The translations under genes were made by a program, and so were the position numbers. Of a stretch of 43,766 bases of DNA, positions 1-9,187 are shown one piece after another. Where the stretch lies: the NCBI GenBank assembly GCA_030633595.1, contig DAOVSE010000001.1, forward strand, positions 1-43,766, written 5' to 3'. Below the pieces are notes generated by a model. That model was not told the origin of the DNA, did not search any database, and saw only the letters and a program-made list of their open reading frames with translations. The DNA comes from Candidatus Altiarchaeota archaeon. Its GTDB lineage: Archaea; Altiarchaeota; Altiarchaeia; IMC4; QMZM01. Position 1 is the first letter of the stretch. The number at the start of each line of letters is the position of its first letter.

Positions 1-116
1 AGATTTTTAGTGAAACCAATTAGCCTGTGTGCTTTGGCTATATCCTTTATTCTGGCCCTAAAACCAGCACGCTGAACCCTACCTTTTATCAGGAATACTC
101 TCTTAGAATTAGCCAT
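1..116 (-). CDS. acylphosphatase, N-terminal part (CDS runs off the left window edge)
   Basis: Reverse-strand ATG at 116 reads MANSKRVFLIKGRVQRAGFRARIKDIAKAHRLIGFTKN, which fits the acylphosphatase V-x-G-x-V-Q-x-x-G-F-R signature. Absent from the ORF track because it is truncated. Confidence 0.55.
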   Translation of the reverse strand, partial: MANSKRVFLIKGRVQRAGFRARIKDIAKAHRLIGFTKN

Positions 117-220
117 TTTCTGTTTAATACATTAGTACCTTCAGTATAAATACCTTCCACTATTTCGTAAAAACAATTTTTCATCGTTACTTTAATTTAT
201 GTTTTTCATAAAATAATAAC

Positions 221-916
221 ATGATTGCCATAATAGGCGGGACCAGTTTATTGGATTTGAATTTTCTGGAGGGTTTGGAGGAGAAAATAATTAATAATGC
301 CTATGGAACTGTCTATCTTTTAAAAAACAAGGATGTTGTTTTCCTCCCCAGACATGGTCGAGACAGAAAGATTCCGCCCCACAAAATAAACTATAGGGCT
401 AATATTATGGTATTAAGAGATCTCGAGGCTGAAAAAATAATCGGGATCGGCTGTGCAGGCAGCTTAAAGAAGGAGATAACACCAGGAAGCATTCTAATAC
501 CAGATGACTACATGAACTTCGGAAAAATAGAAAGCTACTATGATTCAGAGATAAAACATATAACCCCGAGTCTAGATGAATTCCTCCGAGAGAGAATAAT
601 AGACTCCGCCAGAAGATCAGGTATAAAAGTGATTGAAAGGGGAATCTATGCGCAGACCCTAGGCCCGAGACTGGAGACAAAAGCGGAGGTATCATTCCTG
701 AAAGACTACGCTGACGTCGTCGGGATGACGATGGCGTCTGAGGCAACCCTATCCAAGGAACTTGAAATATCGTATGCATGTATCAATACCGTAGACAACT
801 ACGCACACGGAATAGTAGAAGAAGAGCTCGACTTCGAAAAAATCGTAAAAGATGCGTCAAAAAACAGAGAAAAAATCGCGAAACTAATCGAGGCCGTGAT
901 AGAGGAGCTAAGATGA
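221..916 (+). CDS. mtnP: 5'-methylthioadenosine (or methylthioinosine) / purine nucleoside phosphorylase family
   Basis: 231 aa. N-terminal IIGGTS, then LPRHGRDRKIPPHKINYRANI and VVGMTMASEATLSKE motifs typical of the MTAP/PNP trimeric family. A TATA-like TTTAATTTAT lies about 25 nt upstream. Confidence 0.8.
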   Translation: MIAIIGGTSLLDLNFLEGLEEKIINNAYGTVYLLKNKDVVFLPRHGRDRKIPPHKINYRANIMVLRDLEAEKIIGIGCAGSLKKEITPGSILIPDDYMNFGKIESYYDSEIKHITPSLDEFLRERIIDSARRSGIKVIERGIYAQTLGPRLETKAEVSFLKDYADVVGMTMASEATLSKELEISYACINTVDNYAHGIVEEELDFEKIVKDASKNREKIAKLIEAVIEELR

Positions 917-2163
917 GTATTCTGATTAAAGACGTTTTATTGGAGGGGGAACAGACAGATATCTACATTGAAGAAAACAGGATTTCTGAGATTGGAGCCA
1001 GGGTAGAGGCCGATTTTGTGATAGATGGGACTGATAAGGTTGCTTTTCCTGGTTTGATAAATACTCATACTCATTCGGCAATGACCCTGTTAAGGAGTTA
1101 TGCAGATGACCTGAAGCTCCAGGAATGGCTGGAGAACAAGATCTGGCCCCTGGAGGCCAAATTAACCGAGAATGATGTATACTTGGGTTCTAAATTAGCA
1201 TGTCTGGAGATGATAAAGTCAGGGACTACTTGCTTCAATGATATGTACTGGTTCATGAAGGGCACAGCTAGAGCAGTGGAAGAGATGGGTCTCAGAGCGG
1301 TTCTGGCAGAGGCCTTTATAGATCTCTTTAAGGAAGACATGGCCGAGGAGATGAAAGGGAAGACCAAGGATTTTATAAGCTACGTAAGGGGGATGGATAA
1401 TGAGAGAATTACTCCTGCCTTGGGACCGCACGCTATCTATACGGTATCTAAGGAAAGTTTGGGGTGGATTAAAGACTTTGCCGAAAAGGAGGATCTCCTA
1501 ATTCACTTTCACCTTGCCGAGACGGAGAAAGAAAACACAGACTGTAAAAATATGCATGGTAAAAGGCCCGTCCCCTTCCTGGATAACATCGGTTTCCTGA
1601 GCCATAGACTTGTCGCGGCTCATTCAATATGGCTTACAGGAGAAGAGATCAAAATCCTTGCAGAGAAGGGCGTAAAGATATCCCACAACCCTACATCAAA
1701 TCTGAAACTTGCTTCAGGTATTATACCTTATCAGAAGATGAGGGATTCTGGCAGTACTATCTCCCTCGGAACGGACGGCTGCGCTTCCAACAATAACCTG
1801 GATATGTTCGAGGAGATGAAGATAGCAACTATAGCCCAGAAGGGCTTTGTAAAAGACCCGACTGTGATGCCAGCCATAGAGGCATTGAAAATTGCAACAT
1901 TGGGAGGGGGTAAGGCCCTTGGTCTCAAGATAGGCGAAATCAGAGTGGGAAATCTAGCAGATATAATCCTCATAGATCTGAAAAGACCGGAATTAACACC
2001 CAGACATAATCTTATCTCAAATCTCGTCTATTCCGCCAACGGTTCATGTGTCGATACCACGATCTGTAATGGAAAGATTCTGATGCAGAACAGAGAAATA
2101 GCCGATGAGAAGATTATACTTGAAAACGCGCAATCTGTTGCAGAGGATCTGGTCAGTAGATAA
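913..2163 (+). CDS. mtaD: amidohydrolase-family MTA/SAH (5'-deoxyadenosine) deaminase
   Basis: The start is moved from the ORF-track 778 to the ATG at 913, an ATGA overlap with the upstream stop. It begins MSILIKDVLL. HTHSAMTLLRSYADD metal-binding motif, then HLAETEKE and SLGTDGCASNN. Confidence 0.8.
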   Translation: MSILIKDVLLEGEQTDIYIEENRISEIGARVEADFVIDGTDKVAFPGLINTHTHSAMTLLRSYADDLKLQEWLENKIWPLEAKLTENDVYLGSKLACLEMIKSGTTCFNDMYWFMKGTARAVEEMGLRAVLAEAFIDLFKEDMAEEMKGKTKDFISYVRGMDNERITPALGPHAIYTVSKESLGWIKDFAEKEDLLIHFHLAETEKENTDCKNMHGKRPVPFLDNIGFLSHRLVAAHSIWLTGEEIKILAEKGVKISHNPTSNLKLASGIIPYQKMRDSGSTISLGTDGCASNNNLDMFEEMKIATIAQKGFVKDPTVMPAIEALKIATLGGGKALGLKIGEIRVGNLADIILIDLKRPELTPRHNLISNLVYSANGSCVDTTICNGKILMQNREIADEKIILENAQSVAEDLVSR

Positions 2164-2226
2164 GATCTGGTTTTTATTTATAGACCATCTATTATATATC
2201 CAATCAGGTATATTTAATGCATTCAA

Positions 2227-3039
2227 ATGACAGATACAGAGGAACTAATTGAGGCCCTTCACTATATCAAGAAATTCAAGGATCAGATATTCATAATAAA
2301 GTTTGGTGGGGAGATCCTATCGGACGAGAAGGTTCTTGAGACTATTGCCTTAGACCTGGTTCTATTACATGACGTGGGCATACACCAGGTAGTTATGCAC
2401 GGCGCAGGTACATTGATTTCCTCTGAGATGAAAAAGCTGGGATTAGAACCAAAATTCATCAGGGGTGAGAGAGTAACGGATAGAGAAATCCTAAGTCTCG
2501 TGACAGGGTGCCTGCACCATGTGAACAACAGGATTGTCGGAAAGATAAACAAAAATGCCCCAATAGCCGTTGGATTGACTAGTGGTTTGTTTGAAGCAAA
2601 AAGAAAACGAGAAGAACTGGGATATGTAGGCGATGTAACTGAGGTCAATTTCAGGATCATTTTGGGTCTTATTGATGGAGGGTATCTGCCAGTAGTACTG
2701 CCCATAGGCATAGACGGAGAAAGCAACCCCCTGAATATTAATGCCGATATGGCTGCGGCTGAACTCGCGAAGGCATTGAATGCAACAAAGATGATAGTCT
2801 TGACGAATGTTGATGGTGTATTGGATAAAGATGGGGAGTTAATCAGGCAATTGAATATAAAAGAGGCTAAAAATCTTGTTAAAAATAGAGTAGTAACCGG
2901 TGGGATGATACCCAAACTGGAATCGGGTATCAAGGCACTCTCGGAGGGCGTTGAAAGAGTACATATTGTAAAGGCGGGGGAACATGCGATTTTAGGGGAA
3001 TTGCTCACTGGAGAAGGAACCGGAACAATGATAACCTGA
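2227..3039 (+). CDS. argB: amino-acid kinase family: acetylglutamate kinase (ArgB) or LysW-aminoadipate kinase (LysZ)
   Basis: 270 aa with IIKFGGE, VVMHGAG, NINADMAAAELAKAL and a GGMIPKL motif. Confidence 0.75.
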   Translation: MTDTEELIEALHYIKKFKDQIFIIKFGGEILSDEKVLETIALDLVLLHDVGIHQVVMHGAGTLISSEMKKLGLEPKFIRGERVTDREILSLVTGCLHHVNNRIVGKINKNAPIAVGLTSGLFEAKRKREELGYVGDVTEVNFRIILGLIDGGYLPVVLPIGIDGESNPLNINADMAAAELAKALNATKMIVLTNVDGVLDKDGELIRQLNIKEAKNLVKNRVVTGGMIPKLESGIKALSEGVERVHIVKAGEHAILGELLTGEGTGTMIT

Positions 3040-3041
3040 AA

Positions 3042-3488
3042 ATGAAATTTGTAAAGAATATTATCTCGAGAATAAGGTGGAACGTCATTATAAGCATAGT
3101 TGCTGTGGTTATACTAATCGTAATAGCGGTTCTTTTCTTTAAACCATCCCCATTTAGATGCTCCAATAGTGTATGTATCAACTCCTATGCAGAACCGAGT
3201 AGGATAACCCTGAAGGGGGACAGCACTCTATGGATTGACATAAGGAACATGGGGGGTGAAGATCTAATCATAGATATAAAACTCAAAACTCGCAACGAGG
3301 TTCTATTCTTCAAAGAAACAAATTCACGTGAAATTAACAAGGAGATAGAACTAGGGCCTGGGGAGAGTATGCAGTTAAATTTCAATTTAAAAGCAAATGC
3401 TCCATACCCAGGGACTTATCGTACGGATATAATGGCAATGTATAATGATGAACAGATAAATGATGAGGTATATATCCAGACATCATAA
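3042..3488 (+). CDS. membrane-anchored hypothetical protein with a beta-sandwich (CARDB-like) ectodomain
   Basis: N-terminal hydrophobic helix (VIISIVAVVILIVIAVLFF) followed by a beta-rich segment. Starts 2 nt after the argB stop. Confidence 0.45.
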   Translation: MKFVKNIISRIRWNVIISIVAVVILIVIAVLFFKPSPFRCSNSVCINSYAEPSRITLKGDSTLWIDIRNMGGEDLIIDIKLKTRNEVLFFKETNSREINKEIELGPGESMQLNFNLKANAPYPGTYRTDIMAMYNDEQINDEVYIQTS

Positions 3489-3489
3489 T

Positions 3490-4839
3490 CTAGAATCTCC
3501 TTTTTCTTACCTCCATCATTCTCCGTAACTTTTTGAGGGCGTTATCTGCAGCTTCAACAATTACATTATGTGAGGGCGCAACTGGTGGGGTATAGCAGTA
3601 TTTCAACTTCATCAGATCCATGATCTCGGCATTGTGAGCTATAGCAAATGCCAACAGATCTATCTTTCCTGCAACCCCTTCTTCTGCTATAACCTGCGCA
3701 CCAATTATTTTTCTATTCAATGCATTAAAGATTAGTTTAATATCAATCTCCTTTGCTCCTGGAAAATATGAAGATCTCGTTGTGCCTTTTACCTTTCCAA
3801 CAACTATGTCGATTTCATTTTCCCTTGCATCTCCCTCTGTTAAACCGGTCCTTCCTATCTCTAAATCAAATATCTTAAGGATCATGGAATTTAAAACACC
3901 CTCGAAGGTTGCATAACCCCCCACAGCATTCATCCCGGTTATCATCCCATGTCTTATAGCGGTAGTTCCAAGCTGGCTGAGCATCAATTTTCCTGTAACC
4001 ATGGACCTCGAGTCTACACAATCTCCAGCAGCATAGACGTCATCAATATTTGTCTGCAGCAGGCCATCTGTCTTTATGCCACCATCTACAGTCAATATAC
4101 CTGCTTTTTTTGCCAGCTCGCTGTTTGGCCTGAGTCCAACTCCTAAGAGGACTATGTCTGCCGGTATCGTTCTGTCCTCTACTTTTACACTTTCTACGTG
4201 CCCTTCACCCCGGATTTCCTTAACACTTTTATTGAGAATAAACTCTACCCCCCTCTCCTTAAGTTTATTCTCAACGAGCACTGAGAAATCAGGATCCAAG
4301 GGTCTTGCCAAGACATGCTCAAACTGTTCTATCAACGTAACTTTAAGACCTCTCTTTATGAATATAGCAGCCATCTCGAGACCTATCGCACCACCCCCGA
4401 TGACAACTGCGTTTTTTGCCTTTTCTAACGCATGCATTATCTTTCTCGCATCTTCGATCCTCTGTAACGTGTAAACCCCTTCCAACTCCACCCCCGGGAT
4501 CGGAGGTTTGAATGGAACACCACCGGTTGCAATGATCAGTGAGGTATATGAAAATTCCTCTCCCCTTTCCGTCTTTACCAATTTTCGGTCTGCATCTATG
4601 GAGATTACAGTATCTATCACGCAGTTTATCTCGCTCTCCTTGCAAATCTTAACGATGTCCTTTGAAATCTTATCGAGGCCTTCTATCTCTCCACCGATCA
4701 CGAAGGGTAATGCACAGGGAGAATATGAAAGCTCCTCATTCGTTATCAGGGTGATGTTGGCATCCCAGTTCGTCTTCTTCGCCGTTAATGCCGCAGTAAG
4801 TCCTGCACCCCCTCCTCCGATAATGACCAGATCATGCAT
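3490..4839 (-). CDS. pyridine nucleotide-disulfide oxidoreductase: NADH oxidase / CoA-disulfide reductase family
   Basis: 449 aa. GGGGAG FAD motif at the N-terminus, single redox Cys in SYSPCALP, second dinucleotide motif VVIGGGAIGLE, and AAGDC. Confidence 0.8.
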   Translation of the reverse strand: MHDLVIIGGGGAGLTAALTAKKTNWDANITLITNEELSYSPCALPFVIGGEIEGLDKISKDIVKICKESEINCVIDTVISIDADRKLVKTERGEEFSYTSLIIATGGVPFKPPIPGVELEGVYTLQRIEDARKIMHALEKAKNAVVIGGGAIGLEMAAIFIKRGLKVTLIEQFEHVLARPLDPDFSVLVENKLKERGVEFILNKSVKEIRGEGHVESVKVEDRTIPADIVLLGVGLRPNSELAKKAGILTVDGGIKTDGLLQTNIDDVYAAGDCVDSRSMVTGKLMLSQLGTTAIRHGMITGMNAVGGYATFEGVLNSMILKIFDLEIGRTGLTEGDARENEIDIVVGKVKGTTRSSYFPGAKEIDIKLIFNALNRKIIGAQVIAEEGVAGKIDLLAFAIAHNAEIMDLMKLKYCYTPPVAPSHNVIVEAADNALKKLRRMMEVRKRRF

Positions 4840-4884
4840 TTTGTGTCGTTATATATTACATTAACTAAAGAAAAAAACACATCA

Positions 4885-6066
4885 CTATTCAGGTATCGTA
4901 TATATCCCATACATCAATAGTATACAGACTATAGTAATGCTCACTATTGCCACCGCATTATCTGTTGAGAACGCTAGTACATTGCCGATTATTCTGGGTT
5001 TTGTCGGTGTTGTCGTCGTGGTTGTTGTCGTCGTGGTTGAAGTTGACGTTGTACTTGTCGTGGTTGTGGTCGTAGTTGTCGTGCTTGTTGTCGTTGGACA
5101 TGAATCACATGGACCTCCACAATCAATTCCCTGTTCACCCTGATTTTGTATCCCGTCCGAACAGGTCATGCAGAGATCACATGGACCTCCGCAGTCTATC
5201 CCGGTTTCACCCTGGTTTTTAATTCTATCATAACATGTTGGCTCAAGTGGGAGATTAACGGGCACTGTAGTGGTCGTTGTTGTGGTAGTGGTTGTTGTGG
5301 TAGTTGTACCGCAAGTCTCACTGTAGCTACAAGTAGCCACACATATACTTTCACAAGTACCAATGGTCCCCACTATAGAACAACTTTGAATCAAGAGCGG
5401 GAAATCCGCCCATTCATCAATATTACAACCATCCCTACCACATCCATCTGCAGGGCATCCAACGAGTGGACATAATTTGTAATTGGCTATGCAGTAGGGT
5501 TTATCTCCTGTATCGTCTGGGCAATGAGCCACCGCGCATCCAGCACATGCTGGTTGCGGACAGCCATGACAATAGATTCCATAGGTTGTTGGGCAGGCAT
5601 CTTCTAAATCTATGATGGTATCATTGTCGTCGTCGGAGTCGCAAGTTGAATTATAGGTACAAGTGGGTGTGCAGTTGTTCTCCTCACAAGTTCCATGATT
5701 TTCATCGACGGTGCAAGCATTCGAAACTATGTCTGGGAAGTCCGCCCATTGATCTATTTGACATTCGCCTAAACCACAGCCATCTACCGGACAGGGAGTG
5801 GGATTGCATTGGGAATCGTTCGCTATGCAAGTTGATGTTCCATTAACTGGGCAATGAGCCACTGCACATCCTGCACAGGTGATGTTAGAACAATTGCCAT
5901 CACCACTCACCGAACAACAGAAAATCAGAGAGAATAGGATACATACAGAAATTATCACAACGCCCCTCTGGAAGATATTTGTAACTCCTGACACTTTGCA
6001 TCTTAATCCTTTGGAATTTTGGCAATAAATATAATTACCATTTGACTGTAAAATATATAGATACAA
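4885..6066 (-). CDS. secreted or anchored Cys-rich, poly-Thr-linked surface protein (start codon uncertain)
   Basis: Hydrophobic N-terminal segment. Two copies of a CAGCAVAHCP...DGCG...WADFP module and two copies of NQGExGIDCGGPCDxC, separated by T13-T20 runs. C-terminal hydrophobic helix AVAIVSITIVCILLMYGIY. Confidence 0.55.
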   Translation of the reverse strand: MYLYILQSNGNYIYCQNSKGLRCKVSGVTNIFQRGVVIISVCILFSLIFCCSVSGDGNCSNITCAGCAVAHCPVNGTSTCIANDSQCNPTPCPVDGCGLGECQIDQWADFPDIVSNACTVDENHGTCEENNCTPTCTYNSTCDSDDDNDTIIDLEDACPTTYGIYCHGCPQPACAGCAVAHCPDDTGDKPYCIANYKLCPLVGCPADGCGRDGCNIDEWADFPLLIQSCSIVGTIGTCESICVATCSYSETCGTTTTTTTTTTTTTTVPVNLPLEPTCYDRIKNQGETGIDCGGPCDLCMTCSDGIQNQGEQGIDCGGPCDSCPTTTSTTTTTTTTTSTTSTSTTTTTTTTTTPTKPRIIGNVLAFSTDNAVAIVSITIVCILLMYGIYTIPE

Positions 6067-6133
6067 CTATTTACAGAACCATATAGCAAAGATATAGAAC
6101 TTTGATTTAACATACGACCAGATTGATAAGGAG

Positions 6134-6880
6134 TTATATCCCAACTATCTCAGGAAGTTTCCCCCAGACCCCCAGTTCGTTGTCCCTGAGAATGAGAACG
6201 CCGTCAATTTCTTTTATCTGTCGGGCCCTTTTTAACCCTTTTTTTATGCCTTTAGATCCCTTAACCTCGTTTCCTATGGATGTTGCTGCTGCATCAGCCA
6301 GTGGACAGGATTTCGCAACAACGGAGACGGCATCTGAATCTCCAAGACTTATTGAATGCCCAACAGAGCTGGAGCTCGTACATATTGCTAATGGAGTTTT
6401 ATCAGGACTTACCCTGAATCCGATCTTGTTGGAAAATTTTGAGCTTCCAGCATATACCCTGACAGTCCTCTCCTCTTTAATCTTCAGGAAGACATCACCC
6501 CCGTTTTCGACAATTACCTCTGTAGCTCCTTTTCTCAATAAAAGGTTTCCAAGTTGCTCAGAGAACATTCCTGCTACGGAAGCCATTGGACCCACCCCCG
6601 CCCTTTCTCCGGCATCTATCATGAGCTTTACGGTCTCTGGTGCGTGCTCATCAACCTTTAACGGATAATAAGAGATAGAGAAAAATGGTTCCCTCTGACA
6701 GTACCTTTCCAATTCATTATACATGTGTTCTAGAAATTCTGCAGTCCCCCTTTCAAGATCTTTGTCAGAGAGTACTGTGAGCTTCGTCTGTTTATACTCA
6801 AGTTTGAATCTCTTCAGATCTCCTGGATTGAGAGACTTCTGAGAGGACACGCCTCTACGCACGCTCCGCAACGAATGCAT
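6134..6880 (-). CDS. UPF0280 / COG2122 ApbE-like protein (MA1715-type sulfide-assimilation factor)
   Basis: 248 aa with K-x-T-K-L-T-V-L-S-D then AGVGPMASVAG and ICTSSSSVGHSISLG motifs as I recall for UPF0280. The ATG at 6880 overlaps the upstream gene by 67 nt, so the true start is uncertain. Confidence 0.7.
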   Translation of the reverse strand: MHSLRSVRRGVSSQKSLNPGDLKRFKLEYKQTKLTVLSDKDLERGTAEFLEHMYNELERYCQREPFFSISYYPLKVDEHAPETVKLMIDAGERAGVGPMASVAGMFSEQLGNLLLRKGATEVIVENGGDVFLKIKEERTVRVYAGSSKFSNKIGFRVSPDKTPLAICTSSSSVGHSISLGDSDAVSVVAKSCPLADAAATSIGNEVKGSKGIKKGLKRARQIKEIDGVLILRDNELGVWGKLPEIVGI

Positions 6881-7221
6881 TTATCACCCTCCACCTTGAT
6901 GCTCCAGTCTTCTGTAAATGAAATCGCGTTTGTTGGACATAATGCAATGCAGGCACCACAATCTATGCACTTGTCTACATCATTCGTGATATTTTTCTTC
7001 AATTTAATGACTTCTATCCCCCCCTTAATGAGCGCGTTTACCACCTTTTTCTGTTCCCTCTCATTCCCAAGGATGCTTATTATAATAGTTCCTTCATCGT
7101 AGTCTACCTTTGCCCTTAGTATATTGACCAGAATTCCTGTCTTGAGAACAGTACTGGCAAGTATCGGCGAATCTACGACATCCGATGGAATTTTTAACAT
7201 GTACTTATTCATCTTTTTCAA
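6814..7221 (-). CDS. NIL-domain + 2x[4Fe-4S] ferredoxin (MA1822/MJ0099-type partner of the COG1900 homocysteine enzyme)
   Basis: 135 aa. The N-terminal NIL-like domain (SPILASTVLKTGILVNILRAKV) is followed by CIDCGACIALCP and CIRCGACVEACP. Confidence 0.8.
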   Translation of the reverse strand: MKKMNKYMLKIPSDVVDSPILASTVLKTGILVNILRAKVDYDEGTIIISILGNEREQKKVVNALIKGGIEVIKLKKNITNDVDKCIDCGACIALCPTNAISFTEDWSIKVEGDKCIRCGACVEACPLRSLSIQEI

Positions 7222-7242
7222 CCTCAGATTTGATCTAATAGT

Positions 7243-7434
7243 TCATTTTCCTTGTTTCATTCTCCTAAATCTCTCGGCATCTTCTTTAGAATCTAACTCT
7301 AGGGGAAACCCGATATAACCACAGTCCATACATTCATACTTTCCGGATAACATCATCTTAGTTGCGACGATAATCCCCGTTACCTTAATATTCTCACTTC
7401 CGCATCTGGAGCAGACTTTGATTTCTTTTTTCAT
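7243..7434 (-). CDS. small 4-Cys zinc-ribbon protein, paralog B
   Basis: 63 aa with CSRCGS...CMDCGY. About 60 percent identical by eye to the neighbouring 65-aa ORF. Confidence 0.65.
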   Translation of the reverse strand: MKKEIKVCSRCGSENIKVTGIIVATKMMLSGKYECMDCGYIGFPLELDSKEDAERFRRMKQGK

Positions 7435-7505
7435 TTCCCGACACCCCTATGGATTATATTTTGGTTATTTTTGGAATGTAACACCTTTTCTAAAGGGGTT
7501 GCGTA

Positions 7506-7703
7506 TTAGTTCATCTTCCTTTGTTCATCCCCCCTAAATCTCTCAGTATCTTTTCCAGAGTCTAGTTCTAGAGGAAACCCTACATAACCACAGTCCATAC
7601 ATTCATACTTCCCAGGTAATATCGCCACAGTTGTGACGATATGTCCTGTTGCCTTGACATTCCTACTTTCGCATTTGGGGCAGACTTTAACTTTTTTATT
7701 CAT
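7506..7703 (-). CDS. small 4-Cys zinc-ribbon protein, paralog A
   Basis: 65 aa with CPKCES...CMDCGY. Its ATG overlaps the COG1900 stop as ATGA (7700-7703). Confidence 0.65.
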   Translation of the reverse strand: MNKKVKVCPKCESRNVKATGHIVTTVAILPGKYECMDCGYVGFPLELDSGKDTERFRGDEQRKMN

Positions 7704-9187
7704 TTTCTGACACCTCTACGGATTATATCCGTTACTGTAATTATCCCAATAAGTTTGTTTTCATTATCAACCACCGGGGTTGAACCAATTTTGAATTTGT
7801 CAAGTTTTCTGGTAACTACGTCTATGTATTCATCCTCTCTTGATGTTATAACATCCTTGGTCATTATCTCCTTCAACTTTTTCTTGTGTCTTGCAATAGC
7901 CTTTGTGATGTCCCAGGAGGTGACAATTCCAACCAGTTTATTCTCTTCATTAACTATGGGTATCTGATCTATCTCCTTTTTAACAAGTAGACTAGACACG
8001 TCTTCAATGGAATCCTCCAGGTTGGCGGTTATAACCTTCTTAGTCATTATCTCCCCGATTTTTGGTACCAACTTCTTTAAGTTCATTGACTTAAATTCCG
8101 TATCCTTTGGCAATGCTTGAATTTTATTGGAGAGAAAAAATTTCCCTTCTTGGATCCATTTCTTTAGCCTGTCCATTATCTCGAACGAGACCTTAAGACT
8201 GGACAGGGGACTTGTTCTCACCTTTTTATCATCTATGTAAACCTCGCCCGAAAATAATTCCTCATAAGTAACCTCCTTAATGACGGGTTTTTCCCTGCTT
8301 GGAGTTCCGTAGTCCAGTATCTCTGTCTTTATATCCTTGTTTCTGATTGCGGTTTTTTCTGCTATCTTTTCATTCAGGATCGGGATTGGGATTCCAATTC
8401 CAACAAAGAGGGAAACACCATATCCCGGGATTGTTGCTCCTGAAAGAAACTCTGGTGACATCTCCTTTAGGTCTCCTTTGGTTGCTATTGTGCTAAAACC
8501 TGTCTTTGGTGAATGCTGAGTTCCCTCCCCAACTATGAGGCCCTGGGCCCCGCATAGAAATATCTTGGTTCCAACACCGATAGTTTCAAATTCCGGGTCG
8601 TTAATTAACGGACTTATCTCCCCTGTCCCGGAAAAGTTGATATTCCTTCGCTTGGGGAGCAGGGTACCCATATATGTATGCAGGATTGTATCTGTGGGAT
8701 TTATGGCTGCGTTGTATTTCTGACAGCAGCTCCTCGGATTGAACATTATCGCTTGATTTAACTCGTCCATAGTCAGGATAGTTTCGACTTTTTTCCTCGG
8801 ATAGCAATCGGTTCCATAGGATGTGGCTCTTAAATTTATCTCCTTTCCTGAAACCAGGTCTTCAATAACGTGACCACCCCCATATTCAAAACCCCTGTCC
8901 TCATTCAGCTGAGTCGCTCCCAGATAGGCATCAACAGCCGCAATTCCAGTATATGCCTCAACATCATTTAACCAGACCCTATGCATCATTATCGGAGGGT
9001 CTGAATGACCAAAATTTAGAAAAACCCCGGAGGAACACATAGCGCCGAATGTCCCTGTCGTAACTATGTCAACCTCCCTCACAGTTCTTTTCGGATCGTC
9101 CTCAAATAGCTCAGGCATTTCATCAGCCCTGACAATAACAGCATCCCCTTGCCTGATCTTTTCATTTATCTCCTCGATAGTTTTCAT
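7700..9187 (-). CDS. COG1900 (DUF39) + tandem CBS domains: homocysteine biosynthesis enzyme / L-aspartate-semialdehyde sulfurtransferase (MA1821/MJ0100 type)
   Basis: 495 aa. N-terminal EINEKIRQGDAVIVRADEM...VDIVTTGTFGAMCSSG is typical of COG1900. The C-terminal roughly 120 aa form two CBS repeats (IMTKKVITA..., IMTKDVITS...). Confidence 0.85.
   Translation of the reverse strand: MKTIEEINEKIRQGDAVIVRADEMPELFEDDPKRTVREVDIVTTGTFGAMCSSGVFLNFGHSDPPIMMHRVWLNDVEAYTGIAAVDAYLGATQLNEDRGFEYGGGHVIEDLVSGKEINLRATSYGTDCYPRKKVETILTMDELNQAIMFNPRSCCQKYNAAINPTDTILHTYMGTLLPKRRNINFSGTGEISPLINDPEFETIGVGTKIFLCGAQGLIVGEGTQHSPKTGFSTIATKGDLKEMSPEFLSGATIPGYGVSLFVGIGIPIPILNEKIAEKTAIRNKDIKTEILDYGTPSREKPVIKEVTYEELFSGEVYIDDKKVRTSPLSSLKVSFEIMDRLKKWIQEGKFFLSNKIQALPKDTEFKSMNLKKLVPKIGEIMTKKVITANLEDSIEDVSSLLVKKEIDQIPIVNEENKLVGIVTSWDITKAIARHKKKLKEIMTKDVITSREDEYIDVVTRKLDKFKIGSTPVVDNENKLIGIITVTDIIRRGVRK

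Noticed and set aside
778-912. N-terminal extension of the deaminase ORF (track start 778)
   Set aside because: The extension is Arg/Lys-rich nonsense and overlaps the phosphorylase 3' end in another frame. The ATG at 913 gives the canonical amidohydrolase N-terminus and an ATGA junction.
2283-3008. 241-aa minus-strand ORF
   Set aside because: It is antisense to argB, Ser/Pro/Thr-rich, and has no motifs, so it is a shadow ORF. The same reasoning applies to 405-779, 4076-4474, 4508-4864, 6123-6668, 7641-7967, 13331-13774, 24377-24907, 25907-26461, 31127-31516, 37444-37920 and the other short antisense ORFs in the track.
4990-5310. GT-rich imperfect repeats as a microsatellite or non-coding repeat
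   Set aside because: They are the reverse complement of the in-frame poly-Thr linkers of the surface-protein CDS.
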